Positions 29,614 to 37,778 of a stretch of 64,000 nucleotides of DNA are shown here, piece after piece (position 1 is the first letter of the stretch; each line of letters begins with the position of its first letter). Source of the DNA: Minisyncoccia bacterium (GTDB taxonomy: Bacteria > Patescibacteriota > Minisyncoccia > Phycocordibacterales > UBA5272); assembly GCA_038256975.1 (NCBI GenBank), contig JBBSJU010000003.1, positions 4,807 to 68,806 on the forward strand, given 5' to 3'. Made by a program: the position numbers and the translations under genes. Under the pieces are notes generated by a model. That model had not been told where the DNA came from, did not search any database, and saw only the letters and a list, made by a program, of their open reading frames with translations.

Positions 29614-29706
29614 CTAGCGGCCCGTCACCTCGCCGCGATCAACGCCGCAGACACCGGCGATGACGGCGATGTTGTCCGAGTGCGTTTTCTTGATGTCCTC
29701 GATCAT
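29614..29706 (-). CDS. putative 30-aa small ORF/leader peptide (MIEDIKKTHSDNIAVIAGVCGVDRGEVTGR) in GC-rich segment upstream of uvrB
   Basis: SD-like gaggaaag 5 nt upstream of the ATG. 27 of 30 codons end in G/C, a strong GC3 bias that is foreign to the host. Followed by hairpins and the terminator above. Confidence 0.25.
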   Translation of the reverse strand: MIEDIKKTHSDNIAVIAGVCGVDRGEVTGR

Positions 29707-29769
29707 GACACTTTCCTCAAACGTCCGTGGCGAGATTACCACACCCTAAATCTACTCCGCTGACAAAAA

Positions 29770-31125
29770 ATGTCAATTTCTTATTCACGTGGCATAATGA
29801 AAGAAATGGAAAAAGTCTTCACTATTCACGCCCCGAAGGTTGCTGAGAACAAAGCAATCTATACCTATTCCTATACCGACGGAGCTACTTCTTTTTCATT
29901 TCAAGAAGAACACCTTTTCCCTTTTGTAATTTCCGATTCCAAAGCACTCCGAGCCCTTGCCATTGCGACATCCATTAGCTATTTCAAACTTCACCTTGCC
30001 ACACAGATTCATATTGAGTGGTCACTCAATGATGCTGAAAAAGAATTTTGGCAGTGGCTTTTTAGGAATGGTTTTTCTGAACTTGTGTACCAAAACAGGC
30101 TCGAGTGGAATGTTGTCGACCAGATACAAATAACTTGTGAAGAAACAGGTACCACACAACCACTTGAGACAACGTCCTCCTACGAACCAAAAGCTATTGT
30201 CGGAATCGGTGGTGGTAAAGATTCTTCGCTTGCAGTAGAACTTCTCAAAAGAATAAATGTCCCTGTGACAGGTTTTGCTACAAAAGTTCGATCCATTCCG
30301 TTGCTCATTGAAAATACTCAAGCACTTAGTATTCCTCTTCTTGAAGTAGTCCGCAAAACAGACCCGCAACTACTAACACTCAAAGAAAATGTTTTTCTCG
30401 GACATGTTCCTATCTCTCTTATTTATGCCTTCACAGGAGTAGTGCTTGCAGAGCACGAGCAAAGTAAGTATGTCGTTGTAGCAAACGAAACAAGTGCCGA
30501 TGAATCAAACACGGAGTGGCTTGGCCGGCCAGTAAACCACCAATGGTCAAAGACAAGTGACTTTGAAAAAAAAGTTCAAGATTTTGTACACCAAACTATT
30601 TCTCCTGAAATTACCTACTTTTCTATTTTGCGACCACTGGGCGGACTTCGAGTGACAAACTTATTCGCAAAATTATGTCCTCACGTGTTTCCTGCTTTTA
30701 GTAGCTGCAATAAAAACTTCACCATAGAAGAAACCGGTGCGAACAGATGGTGTGGTGTGTGTGCGAAATGTCTTGGCACAAATATACTTTTATCGCCCAC
30801 GCTCTCCCTTGAAAAAAGGGCCGCGATATTTGGAAGTGATGTATATCAAAATGAAAGCCTTGCTCCGCTCCTCAAAGAGCTCCTCGGGCTTTCGCCTGTA
30901 AAACCTTTTGACTGTGTGGCAACACGAGCTGAGATGTGCCGCGCAGCAATTCAAAGTGATGATTTCAAAAATTCACCACTTGGCAAAAAACTTTCTCCCG
31001 AAGAATGGATCAGTGTTGAAAGCGAAGCAAAACATGCAGATAGCTTCCTTACCCATTACCACCCCCACTTTATTCCCAAGGAGCTAAATACTCGGTTACG
31101 CGCTATTATAGAAACATGCGAATAG
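29770..31125 (+). CDS. PP-loop ATP pyrophosphatase-family protein (AsnB C-terminal-domain-like); candidate muropeptide-modifying enzyme (MurL-like epimerase or amidotransferase)
   Basis: AIVGIGGGKDSSLAVELL resembles the SGGxDS PP-loop of the AsnB synthetase domain. No N-terminal glutaminase Cys. CxxC pair (WCGVCAKC) near the C-terminus. The stop overlaps the murD start by 10 nt. Confidence 0.55.
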   Translation: MSISYSRGIMKEMEKVFTIHAPKVAENKAIYTYSYTDGATSFSFQEEHLFPFVISDSKALRALAIATSISYFKLHLATQIHIEWSLNDAEKEFWQWLFRNGFSELVYQNRLEWNVVDQIQITCEETGTTQPLETTSSYEPKAIVGIGGGKDSSLAVELLKRINVPVTGFATKVRSIPLLIENTQALSIPLLEVVRKTDPQLLTLKENVFLGHVPISLIYAFTGVVLAEHEQSKYVVVANETSADESNTEWLGRPVNHQWSKTSDFEKKVQDFVHQTISPEITYFSILRPLGGLRVTNLFAKLCPHVFPAFSSCNKNFTIEETGANRWCGVCAKCLGTNILLSPTLSLEKRAAIFGSDVYQNESLAPLLKELLGLSPVKPFDCVATRAEMCRAAIQSDDFKNSPLGKKLSPEEWISVESEAKHADSFLTHYHPHFIPKELNTRLRAIIETCE

Positions 31126-32426
31126 GAATCGTTGGATTTGGCCGGGAAGGCAAAATGGCACTTGAATATTGGGGCAACCAAGCCCAAGAAATTTCTGTGT
31201 ACGACCAAAATGAGTCACTTGAGATTCCTGCACAGTGCACAAAAAGACTTGGATCAAATTGGAAAGAGCTTCTTCTTGCAGATTCTCCTACACTTGATCT
31301 TATTGTCCGGTCTCCTGGAGTGCCCCTTTGGGATATTGAAGATACAGTCCAAGGGAAAGTTACCACTCTCGCTAAAGAGTTTTTTGACCTTTGTCCTTGC
31401 CCTATTATTGGCGTGACGGGCACAAAAGGAAAAGGTACGACGGCAACACTCATCTATGAAATTTTAAAGACTGATGATAAAGACGTGTATCTTGTGGGAA
31501 ACATCGGCACGCCCTCACTTTCTATTCTCCCAAAACTTACGCCGCAGTCTATTGTTGTCTACGAACTTTCAAGCTTTCAACTTTTTGATCTTCATAAAAG
31601 CCCGCAGATAGCTGTGTGTCTTTTGGTAACCGAAGACCATCTCGACTGGCATAAAGACATACAGCAATATCAGGCATCAAAGGGAAACATTTTTAAATAT
31701 CAAAAAGAAGAAGATGTGACGATATGGTTTCAAGATAATGTAGTGAGCACACAGCTCGCATCTTTGAGCATTGCAAAGAATAGAATTCCTTACGGAGAAA
31801 ATGCAGTGGTGAAAGTAAGTGAAAAAGGTTTCTTTGTCTACAACAATGAAGAAATATGTGCCGTGCATGATGCCCTACTTCCTGGCAAACACAACGAACA
31901 AAATATCTGTGCAGCAATTGCAGCAACCTGGAATCTTGTAGATAAAAAATCTATCGTACAAGCAATTAAAACATTCAAAGGACTTCCTTTTCATATTGAA
32001 ACCGTCGCAACACACAATGGTATTACGTTTGTAAATGATTCTTTTGCCACAAACCCTACAGCAACGGCTGTTGCTATTGAAAGCATGACTGCTCCGGCCA
32101 CACTCCTTATTGGTGGTGTAGACAGAGGTCTTCATTTGGAACCACTTGTTACAAGTATTCAAAAATCATCTCTTATTAAAGAAGTTGTCGTATACGGCGC
32201 AGAACGAGAACGTATAGCAAAATTACTCTCTCTCCATAATATTTCACATGTTGTTATTGATGGAAACTTCGAAGAGGTCTTCCGGACGGCAATAGAAAAA
32301 ACAAAGGCCGGAGAAACTATTCTTTTTTCTCCGGGCGCACCAAGTTTCGATATGTTCAAAGATTACCAAGATCGAGGGCTCACATTTAATGCGCTCGTAG
32401 CCAAATACGCACAAGGTTTGCTATAG
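31116..32426 (+). CDS. murD: UDP-N-acetylmuramoyl-L-alanine--glutamate ligase (MurD or MurD2-type)
   Basis: IIGVTGTKGKGTTATL P-loop. Mur ligase middle and C-terminal domains (GNIGTP, HNEQN). Confidence 0.85.
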   Translation: MRIGIVGFGREGKMALEYWGNQAQEISVYDQNESLEIPAQCTKRLGSNWKELLLADSPTLDLIVRSPGVPLWDIEDTVQGKVTTLAKEFFDLCPCPIIGVTGTKGKGTTATLIYEILKTDDKDVYLVGNIGTPSLSILPKLTPQSIVVYELSSFQLFDLHKSPQIAVCLLVTEDHLDWHKDIQQYQASKGNIFKYQKEEDVTIWFQDNVVSTQLASLSIAKNRIPYGENAVVKVSEKGFFVYNNEEICAVHDALLPGKHNEQNICAAIAATWNLVDKKSIVQAIKTFKGLPFHIETVATHNGITFVNDSFATNPTATAVAIESMTAPATLLIGGVDRGLHLEPLVTSIQKSSLIKEVVVYGAERERIAKLLSLHNISHVVIDGNFEEVFRTAIEKTKAGETILFSPGAPSFDMFKDYQDRGLTFNALVAKYAQGLL

Positions 32427-32436
32427 TACGGAAAAT

Positions 32437-32931
32437 ATGGAAATAGTCCAGGTTGGCGAAAAGGTACTCCGAAATAAAGCAGAGAAAGTCCCTGAAAACT
32501 TCTTCAAAACGGCGAGGCTTTTTAATATGCTTAATGAAATGAAAGCCGCTCTTGATAGCCAAAAGGATGGCGTGGCAATCGCAGCCCCTCAAATCGGTCT
32601 TCCGTATCGTATTTTTCTTGTTTCTGAAAAAGCCTACCATGGTAACGCAAAAGACATACCGCTTGTATTTATCAATCCAACTATCACAAAAAAATCAAAG
32701 AAGACAGAGGTAATGCCTGAAGGCTGCCTTTCGGTACGCTGGAAATACGGCGAGGTAAAACGAAGTGTCAATACCACTGTCGAGGCATATGACCAGAATG
32801 GAGTAAAATTTACGCGTGTTGGTGGTGGACTACTCTCTCAAATATTTCAACACGAAACAGACCACCTCGATGGCATTCTCTTTATCGACAAAGCCAAAAA
32901 AGTGGTCGAACAGCCGCCACAGGAAAAATAA
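32437..32931 (+). CDS. def: peptide deformylase
   Basis: GVAIAAPQIG, EGCLS and HETDHLDG motifs. Confidence 0.9.
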   Translation: MEIVQVGEKVLRNKAEKVPENFFKTARLFNMLNEMKAALDSQKDGVAIAAPQIGLPYRIFLVSEKAYHGNAKDIPLVFINPTITKKSKKTEVMPEGCLSVRWKYGEVKRSVNTTVEAYDQNGVKFTRVGGGLLSQIFQHETDHLDGILFIDKAKKVVEQPPQEK

Positions 32932-32936
32932 AACCC

Positions 32937-33788
32937 ATGAACATACCTTTCATTTTTTTTGGTACCCCAGAATTATCGACACACACCTTAAATGCCTTAG
33001 AGAAAGAAGGCTTGCTTCCGACCGCGATTGTAACTGCTCCTGATGCTCCTGCTGGCCGAGGGCTTGTTCTTGCTCCATCACCAGTAAAAATCTGGGCACT
33101 TGCAAAAGGCATTCCTGTATACGCGCCAGAAAAAATTCGAAACAACGGAGAAATACACGCACTCTGTCGGCAATTCCAATTTGCAATCTTAGCCGCATAC
33201 GGCAAAATAATTCCTCAATCCATTCTTGATTGTTTTCCAAAAGGAATCTTGAATGTCCACCCCTCACTTCTGCCATTGTACCGTGGACCAAGCCCTCTTG
33301 AATTTCAAATTCTCAATGATGAAAAAGAGTTTGGGGTTACTATAATTAAACTTGATTCAGAATGCGACCATGGAAATGTAATCGCTCAACGAGAAATTAC
33401 TTTTACAGAGACACCTTCAAAACAAAAGCTTGGTGAAATTGGCTTTTCTGAAGGAGGAAAGCTTATCGCCCAGTATCTTGGCCCATACATATCTGGAGTA
33501 TTACCCACCCTTGAACAGAATCACGAACTCGCAACGTTTACACAGAAGATAGAGAAAAAAGATGGTGAAATACTTCCGACCGACACGGAAAGACAAAAGT
33601 ATTTAAAATACTTAGCGTATCAACCTTGGCCCGGCACATTCTTTTTTGTTGAACATACTGGTAAAATGATTCGGCTCAAGATAACACAAGCACGGTTTGA
33701 AGATAATACATTTATAATCGAAAAAGTTATTCCCGAAGGCAAGAAAGAAATACTTTATACTGATTTTCTCCGCGGCTTACATAAATAA
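32937..33788 (+). CDS. fmt: methionyl-tRNA formyltransferase
   Basis: N-terminal FFGTPE. HPSLLPLYRG formyltransferase motif. C-terminal tRNA-binding domain. 283 aa. Confidence 0.9.
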   Translation: MNIPFIFFGTPELSTHTLNALEKEGLLPTAIVTAPDAPAGRGLVLAPSPVKIWALAKGIPVYAPEKIRNNGEIHALCRQFQFAILAAYGKIIPQSILDCFPKGILNVHPSLLPLYRGPSPLEFQILNDEKEFGVTIIKLDSECDHGNVIAQREITFTETPSKQKLGEIGFSEGGKLIAQYLGPYISGVLPTLEQNHELATFTQKIEKKDGEILPTDTERQKYLKYLAYQPWPGTFFFVEHTGKMIRLKITQARFEDNTFIIEKVIPEGKKEILYTDFLRGLHK

Positions 33789-33820
33789 AAAACCTCTCAA
33801 CTTGAGAGGTTTTTTATTTA
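33786..33820. terminator. bidirectional rho-independent terminator between fmt (+) and PPIase (-)
   Basis: aaaaacctctcaa-cttg-agaggttttttattt: 9-bp stem with an A-run before and a T-run after. Confidence 0.65.
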
Positions 33821-33827
33821 CAATTAA

Positions 33828-34541
33828 CTACTGCAAAATGATTTTCTCAATAATCACATCTTTCACCGGTCTGTCACCTGGTACTGTGGCTACATTGTCT
33901 ATTGCAAGAGCAATATCCAAACCACGGGTTACTTTTCCAAAAATAGTATGTTTGCCCACGAGCCAGTCTGTACCTTGTGGGGCCGTAACGATGAAGAACT
34001 GACTTCCGTTTGTGCCAGGTCCTGCATTTGCCATAGCAAGCACACCTTGATTCATTTCATCGTTTTGGAAAACTTCATCTTTAAATACATATCCTGGTCC
34101 TCCTGTTCCCCATTCATTTTTAAGATTAAGATCTTTTGACTTTGGGTCACCACTTTGGATCATAAAGTTTTTGATAACTCGATGAAAACGTACTCCATCG
34201 TAAAATCCTTCTTTGGCGAGCTTAATAAAGTTTGCAACAGTTACAGGAGTTTCTTTTCGAAAAGCAACTGTGATATCTCCGTAATTTGTTTTAAATGTTG
34301 CTTGAGTGATTTGTGCTTCGTTCATAATTTTAGGTGTTTGTGATGTGGACTTAGTATTCTTAAGGTTTGTTGAAAGTGTGAGATTTGCATTTGCAATTTC
34401 ATTCATTTTAACAATATCTTGACTGATTTTTTCTATTTCTTTATTTGTTGTTGCAACCGCTTGGTATATGACTCCAAAAGCGGAGAAGATTACAAAGATA
34501 AAAAGAACCCAGTTGGTAACATTTTTTGTTTCAAGACTCAT
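33828..34541 (-). CDS. ppiB: cyclophilin-type peptidyl-prolyl cis-trans isomerase, membrane-anchored
   Basis: N-terminal [24 protein letters not shown] and [15 protein letters not shown] motifs. Confidence 0.85.
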   Translation of the reverse strand: MSLETKNVTNWVLFIFVIFSAFGVIYQAVATTNKEIEKISQDIVKMNEIANANLTLSTNLKNTKSTSQTPKIMNEAQITQATFKTNYGDITVAFRKETPVTVANFIKLAKEGFYDGVRFHRVIKNFMIQSGDPKSKDLNLKNEWGTGGPGYVFKDEVFQNDEMNQGVLAMANAGPGTNGSQFFIVTAPQGTDWLVGKHTIFGKVTRGLDIALAIDNVATVPGDRPVKDVIIEKIILQ

Positions 34542-34562
34542 ACTAAATAATAATGTATTTAA

Positions 34563-34952
34563 TTAATTCCCACTTCTCTTTCTAAATATGTCTCCTACGC
34601 CCTTCATCATTGCTTTTACTGTGGCGGCACCACGACGCATCATGGTTCTATCTTTATCTTTGTACGAGTTAAGCTCACGGGCTAATTCATCTTTCATTTC
34701 ATCAATGGCAGCATATAAGTCGTCCTTCACCGCAACAGCACGAATCAGTGTGTGTGCAAGGTGAAAGTTTACCTCTGCCCGGAAAACATCCCCTTGTTTG
34801 TGGTGTTGCGTTGTCTTCCCTATTTCCACTGCCGCGTGGAGAGATTCGTCAGAAATAGTGGTGAGCTTTCGTACTGATTCGATTCGCTCGGTTACGTATG
34901 AGCGAAGCGGTTCAGTAAGATCAATGTTTGTGGCTTTAATTGATATTCTCAT
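34563..34952 (-). CDS. hpf: ribosome hibernation promoting factor (HPF/RaiA family)
   Basis: MRISIKATNIDLTEPLRSYVTERIE N-terminus, typical of the sigma-54 modulation protein/S30EA family. 129 aa. Confidence 0.75.
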   Translation of the reverse strand: MRISIKATNIDLTEPLRSYVTERIESVRKLTTISDESLHAAVEIGKTTQHHKQGDVFRAEVNFHLAHTLIRAVAVKDDLYAAIDEMKDELARELNSYKDKDRTMMRRGAATVKAMMKGVGDIFRKRSGN

Positions 34953-34970
34953 GCTCTCATTATACCGTCT

Positions 34971-35192
34971 TTAGACCAATGTAAATATATCGACAATTTT
35001 GTGAGGTGTTGTGTGGCCTTTTATTATCTTAATGTGCTTTGTTTTAAAGTAATCTTTAAGAATCTCAAGCATTTCCTTATTCGCCAAACCACGTTCTTTT
35101 GATGCCTGAACGTGAACTGTATACGAATCATGAGCAATCTCCATAATGAGTTGCTTTTTTGCTTCAGCTTTAACGCGAACTTTTACTAACAT
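34971..35192 (-). CDS. DUF167 (YggU-like) family protein
   Basis: 73 aa. VKVRVKAEAKK...GLANKEMLEILKDYF...IKIIKGHTTPHKIV resembles YggU. Confidence 0.5.
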   Translation of the reverse strand: MLVKVRVKAEAKKQLIMEIAHDSYTVHVQASKERGLANKEMLEILKDYFKTKHIKIIKGHTTPHKIVDIFTLV

Positions 35193-35203
35193 ATAGATAA
35201 AGA

Positions 35204-36322
35204 CTACTCTTCAAGAAGCTTCGGTTTTTCAATGGGAGCGATCTCATACTCATTACTTTCCCCAGTGATTCGATATACATCTTTATCAATCTTTTTGAGT
35301 TCTTTATCAGCAGCATTGTAGTGGTTCACCACTGTTGAAAGTGTCATGCCCATTTTTTTGAAGTATTCTTCGTAAGCACCGATATGCTTCATAAGCTGAC
35401 TTACGTTTGCCTCTATCTTTTTTGCATTTTCTTCAACCTTAAACGCTTTCAAGCCATAGAGCACAGATTGGAGATATGCAGCAAACGTTGTTGGAGAAAC
35501 AATAATTACTTTTTTGTCATTGTAAGCGTAATCAATCAAACTTCGAGTATTTACTTTTACACCTCCAACTTCATTAACCAAAAGATCATAATAGATACCC
35601 TCAGCAGGAATAAACATGAATGCAAATGGAAGTGTACCTTCTTCAATACGCACATATTTCGCGGTCTCATCAATTCGCTTTTTAAGATCCTGCACAAACA
35701 TCTTCTCAAGCTCTGCTCGCCGCACATCATCACGCTCATTCATCACTCGTGAATAGTTATCGAGTGAAAACTTCGCATCAACAGGAATGAGTCCGTCACG
35801 TGTCATAATAACCGCATCTACAACTTCCCCATTTGCAAATCCGTACTGCATTTGAAAACCATTTGCCGGCAAGATATTCGAAAGGATGAGTTCGAGCGAC
35901 GCTTCGCCCAAATTCCCACGTTGCTTTTGATGCTTGAGCACCTTTTCAAGGTTTTGAAGTTGTTCAGCAATGGTGAACACTTGCTTGTTTGCTTCGCGGA
36001 CTTCGGCAACTTTTTCGCGCACCTCACTTACTTTATCGGTAATATCTTTAATGAGAATCTGCGATTCAGAAAACTGCGTACGTACATGACTTTGCATGTC
36101 GCGATTGCTCTCAACAAATTTTGAATCAAGTGAACGAACATTCGTTTCAAAACGACTAGCTAAATTCTCCATTTGCTGCTGAAGCGAGCTCTGCACAAGA
36201 CGAAGTCCATCATTATCTCCCTGTTTCATCTGACGCATCATTTTTGAGATAAAGAAAATAAGGCCTACAGCAAAAAGTGCGAAAAGGATGACGAGTACTA
36301 CAATAATCACCAAAGTATTCAT
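35204..36322 (-). CDS. rmuC: DNA recombination protein RmuC
   Basis: N-terminal TM, long coiled-coil, then the conserved RmuC C-terminal block (LPFAFMFIPAEGIYYDLL...VIIVSPTTFAAYLQSV). Confidence 0.85.
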   Translation of the reverse strand: MNTLVIIVVLVILFALFAVGLIFFISKMMRQMKQGDNDGLRLVQSSLQQQMENLASRFETNVRSLDSKFVESNRDMQSHVRTQFSESQILIKDITDKVSEVREKVAEVREANKQVFTIAEQLQNLEKVLKHQKQRGNLGEASLELILSNILPANGFQMQYGFANGEVVDAVIMTRDGLIPVDAKFSLDNYSRVMNERDDVRRAELEKMFVQDLKKRIDETAKYVRIEEGTLPFAFMFIPAEGIYYDLLVNEVGGVKVNTRSLIDYAYNDKKVIIVSPTTFAAYLQSVLYGLKAFKVEENAKKIEANVSQLMKHIGAYEEYFKKMGMTLSTVVNHYNAADKELKKIDKDVYRITGESNEYEIAPIEKPKLLEE

Positions 36323-36373
36323 AGATACCCTGCATTATATACTGAAAATATAATTTCACTTCAAAATCATCCT

Positions 36374-36492
36374 AAAAACACTTGTCGAGCCGACTTTCGC
36401 AGGCTGACTGAGCCGAGAATGACCCAGTAGGTCATTCTGCTGAATGAGCGAAAAATCCCCAGATTTTTACGCGACGGCGAGAAAAGTGTTTT
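36374..36492. repeat. ~120-bp GC-richer intergenic element bounded by 10-bp inverted repeats (aaaaacactt / aagtgttttt) with internal hairpins; possible MITE-like insertion or small RNA
   Basis: TIRs at 36374..36383 and 36483..36492. Internal perfect hairpin gaatgacc-cagtag-ggtcattc (36417..36437). Second hairpin aaaaatc-ccca-gattttt. Lies in the rmuC/yqeY divergent intergenic region. Confidence 0.35.
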
Positions 36493-36502
36493 TGGAGGGA
36501 TT

Positions 36503-36532
36503 TTTAAAAGAGCATTCATTTTATGGTAGAAT
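36503..36532 (+). promoter_or_regulatory. extended -10 promoter (TGgTAGAAT) ending ~7 nt before the yqeY ATG (near-leaderless transcript)
   Basis: ttttatggtagaatagccatATG. TG dinucleotide one base upstream of TAGAAT. Confidence 0.4.
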
Positions 36533-36538
36533 AGCCAT

Positions 36539-36994
36539 ATGACAATTCAAGAAACAGTAAAAGCAAAGTTAAAGGAGGCTATGATTGCAAAGGACAGTGT
36601 GGCTCTTATGGCGCTTCGTGGCATTAGTTCTGGATTTACTAATGAACTTGTAAACAAAGGTATTCCTCCCCAAGAACCTATTTCTGATGAAGATGCGTTG
36701 AACGTACTCAAACGTGAGCAGAAAAAGCGTAAAGACTCTATCGAACAATTTGTAAGTGGTGGACGTGAAGACTTAGCTGATAGTGAAAAAGCAGAGCTTG
36801 CTATTATCGAGCAATTCTTACCGACAATGATGACTGAAGCTGAAATTGAAACTATTGTAAAAGCAAAAATTGCCGAAGCAGGAACAGTAGACAAAACAGC
36901 ACTTGGAAAATTCACTGGAATGATTATCAAAGAACTATCTGGAAAAGCAGATGGCGGAGATGTGAAAAAGGTTGTTGATCGATTGGTACAGTAA
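36539..36994 (+). CDS. yqeY: GatB/YqeY domain protein
   Basis: 151 aa. Conserved YqeY blocks (ALMALRGI..., KREQKKRKDSIEQF, GKADGGDVKKVV). Confidence 0.8.
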   Translation: MTIQETVKAKLKEAMIAKDSVALMALRGISSGFTNELVNKGIPPQEPISDEDALNVLKREQKKRKDSIEQFVSGGREDLADSEKAELAIIEQFLPTMMTEAEIETIVKAKIAEAGTVDKTALGKFTGMIIKELSGKADGGDVKKVVDRLVQ

Positions 36995-37010
36995 AAAATA
37001 CAAAACAAAT

Positions 37011-37044
37011 AAAAAGCCACTTGATTAGTGGCTTTTTATTTTTG
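37011..37044. terminator. bidirectional rho-independent terminator between convergent yqeY (+) and methyltransferase (-)
   Basis: aaaaagccact-tgatt-agtggctttttattttt: 10-bp perfect stem. Confidence 0.7.
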
Positions 37045-37776
37045 TAGCTTAATTATTAAAAACTGAGGAATTTTGGAATGAATTTGGTAAAATTCAAGGT
37101 CTTCTTTTTCAGCCCGAGCAATTGGCTTTGGCTCAGATACAGAGACAAGAGTAAATTGAGAATCCAAAACTTCTTTAAGAATATCTGATACGGATTGATG
37201 ATAAAACTCAACCTCAAGACCTCCGAGCCACACGTCTTTTATTTTTCTTTTATTCAAGTAATCGCCGTAGACTTTTACACCACTTTTTCCTTTCTCATAC
37301 CCGAGCATCGCAGAATATTCTGCCCCACGGATAATGTCTGCACCAAACTTCACTGGGTGATTAAGCGACATTACAAAGATCCCGCCCGGACGTAATGACT
37401 GCCACACCCGAGAAAATGTTTCTTTCCAGTCTGGAATATAGTGCATAACTAAACTTGCAATACAAATATCAAATGTTTCTTTCTGCACATTAAAGGCTCG
37501 AATATCTTCACAAGAAAAAGTACGCCCCGGATATTCCCGCTGTGCTATTTCAATAAGTCCCGATGCGCTATCTATGCCATGAACTTTGCGTGCGCCTTTT
37601 TGTACAAGCTCGTCACACTCAACCCCTGAGCCACACCCAAGTACTAAAATGTCTTGATCGCGCACATCTCCGATAGCTTCATAGATTCCTGGTTTTTCTA
37701 TGTACTCTTTGGAATGACTGCGTTTGTTCTTTCTGTTCTCATGCCACTCTGCGGCATATTCACTGTAATCTGCCAT
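37036..37776 (-). CDS. class I SAM-dependent methyltransferase
   Basis: Motif I ILVLGCGSGVE. Post-I acidic (IDSA). Motif IV ICIASLVMHYI. Start set at MADYSEY (37776) so it does not overlap the upstream stop; the track ORF extends to 37812. Confidence 0.6.
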   Translation of the reverse strand: MADYSEYAAEWHENRKNKRSHSKEYIEKPGIYEAIGDVRDQDILVLGCGSGVECDELVQKGARKVHGIDSASGLIEIAQREYPGRTFSCEDIRAFNVQKETFDICIASLVMHYIPDWKETFSRVWQSLRPGGIFVMSLNHPVKFGADIIRGAEYSAMLGYEKGKSGVKVYGDYLNKRKIKDVWLGGLEVEFYHQSVSDILKEVLDSQFTLVSVSEPKPIARAEKEDLEFYQIHSKIPQFLIIKLQK

Positions 37777-37778
37777 AT

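Noticed and set aside
29518-29763. 81-aa plus-strand ORF in the GC-rich segment
   Set aside because: No SD, moderate GC3 only. It overlaps a minus-strand small ORF with stronger signals and the terminator hairpin. Not called, but it should be included in BLASTX checks.
27121-29769. SRP RNA, RNase P RNA, tmRNA or 6S RNA in the GC-rich segments flanking uvrB
   Set aside because: I looked for hallmark motifs (RNase P GGAAAGTCCGGGCTCC and AGGGTGAAA, SRP AGCAGCC-type domain IV, tmRNA 3' tRNA-like end with TCCACCA) and did not find them. Left as unassigned GC-rich cassettes.
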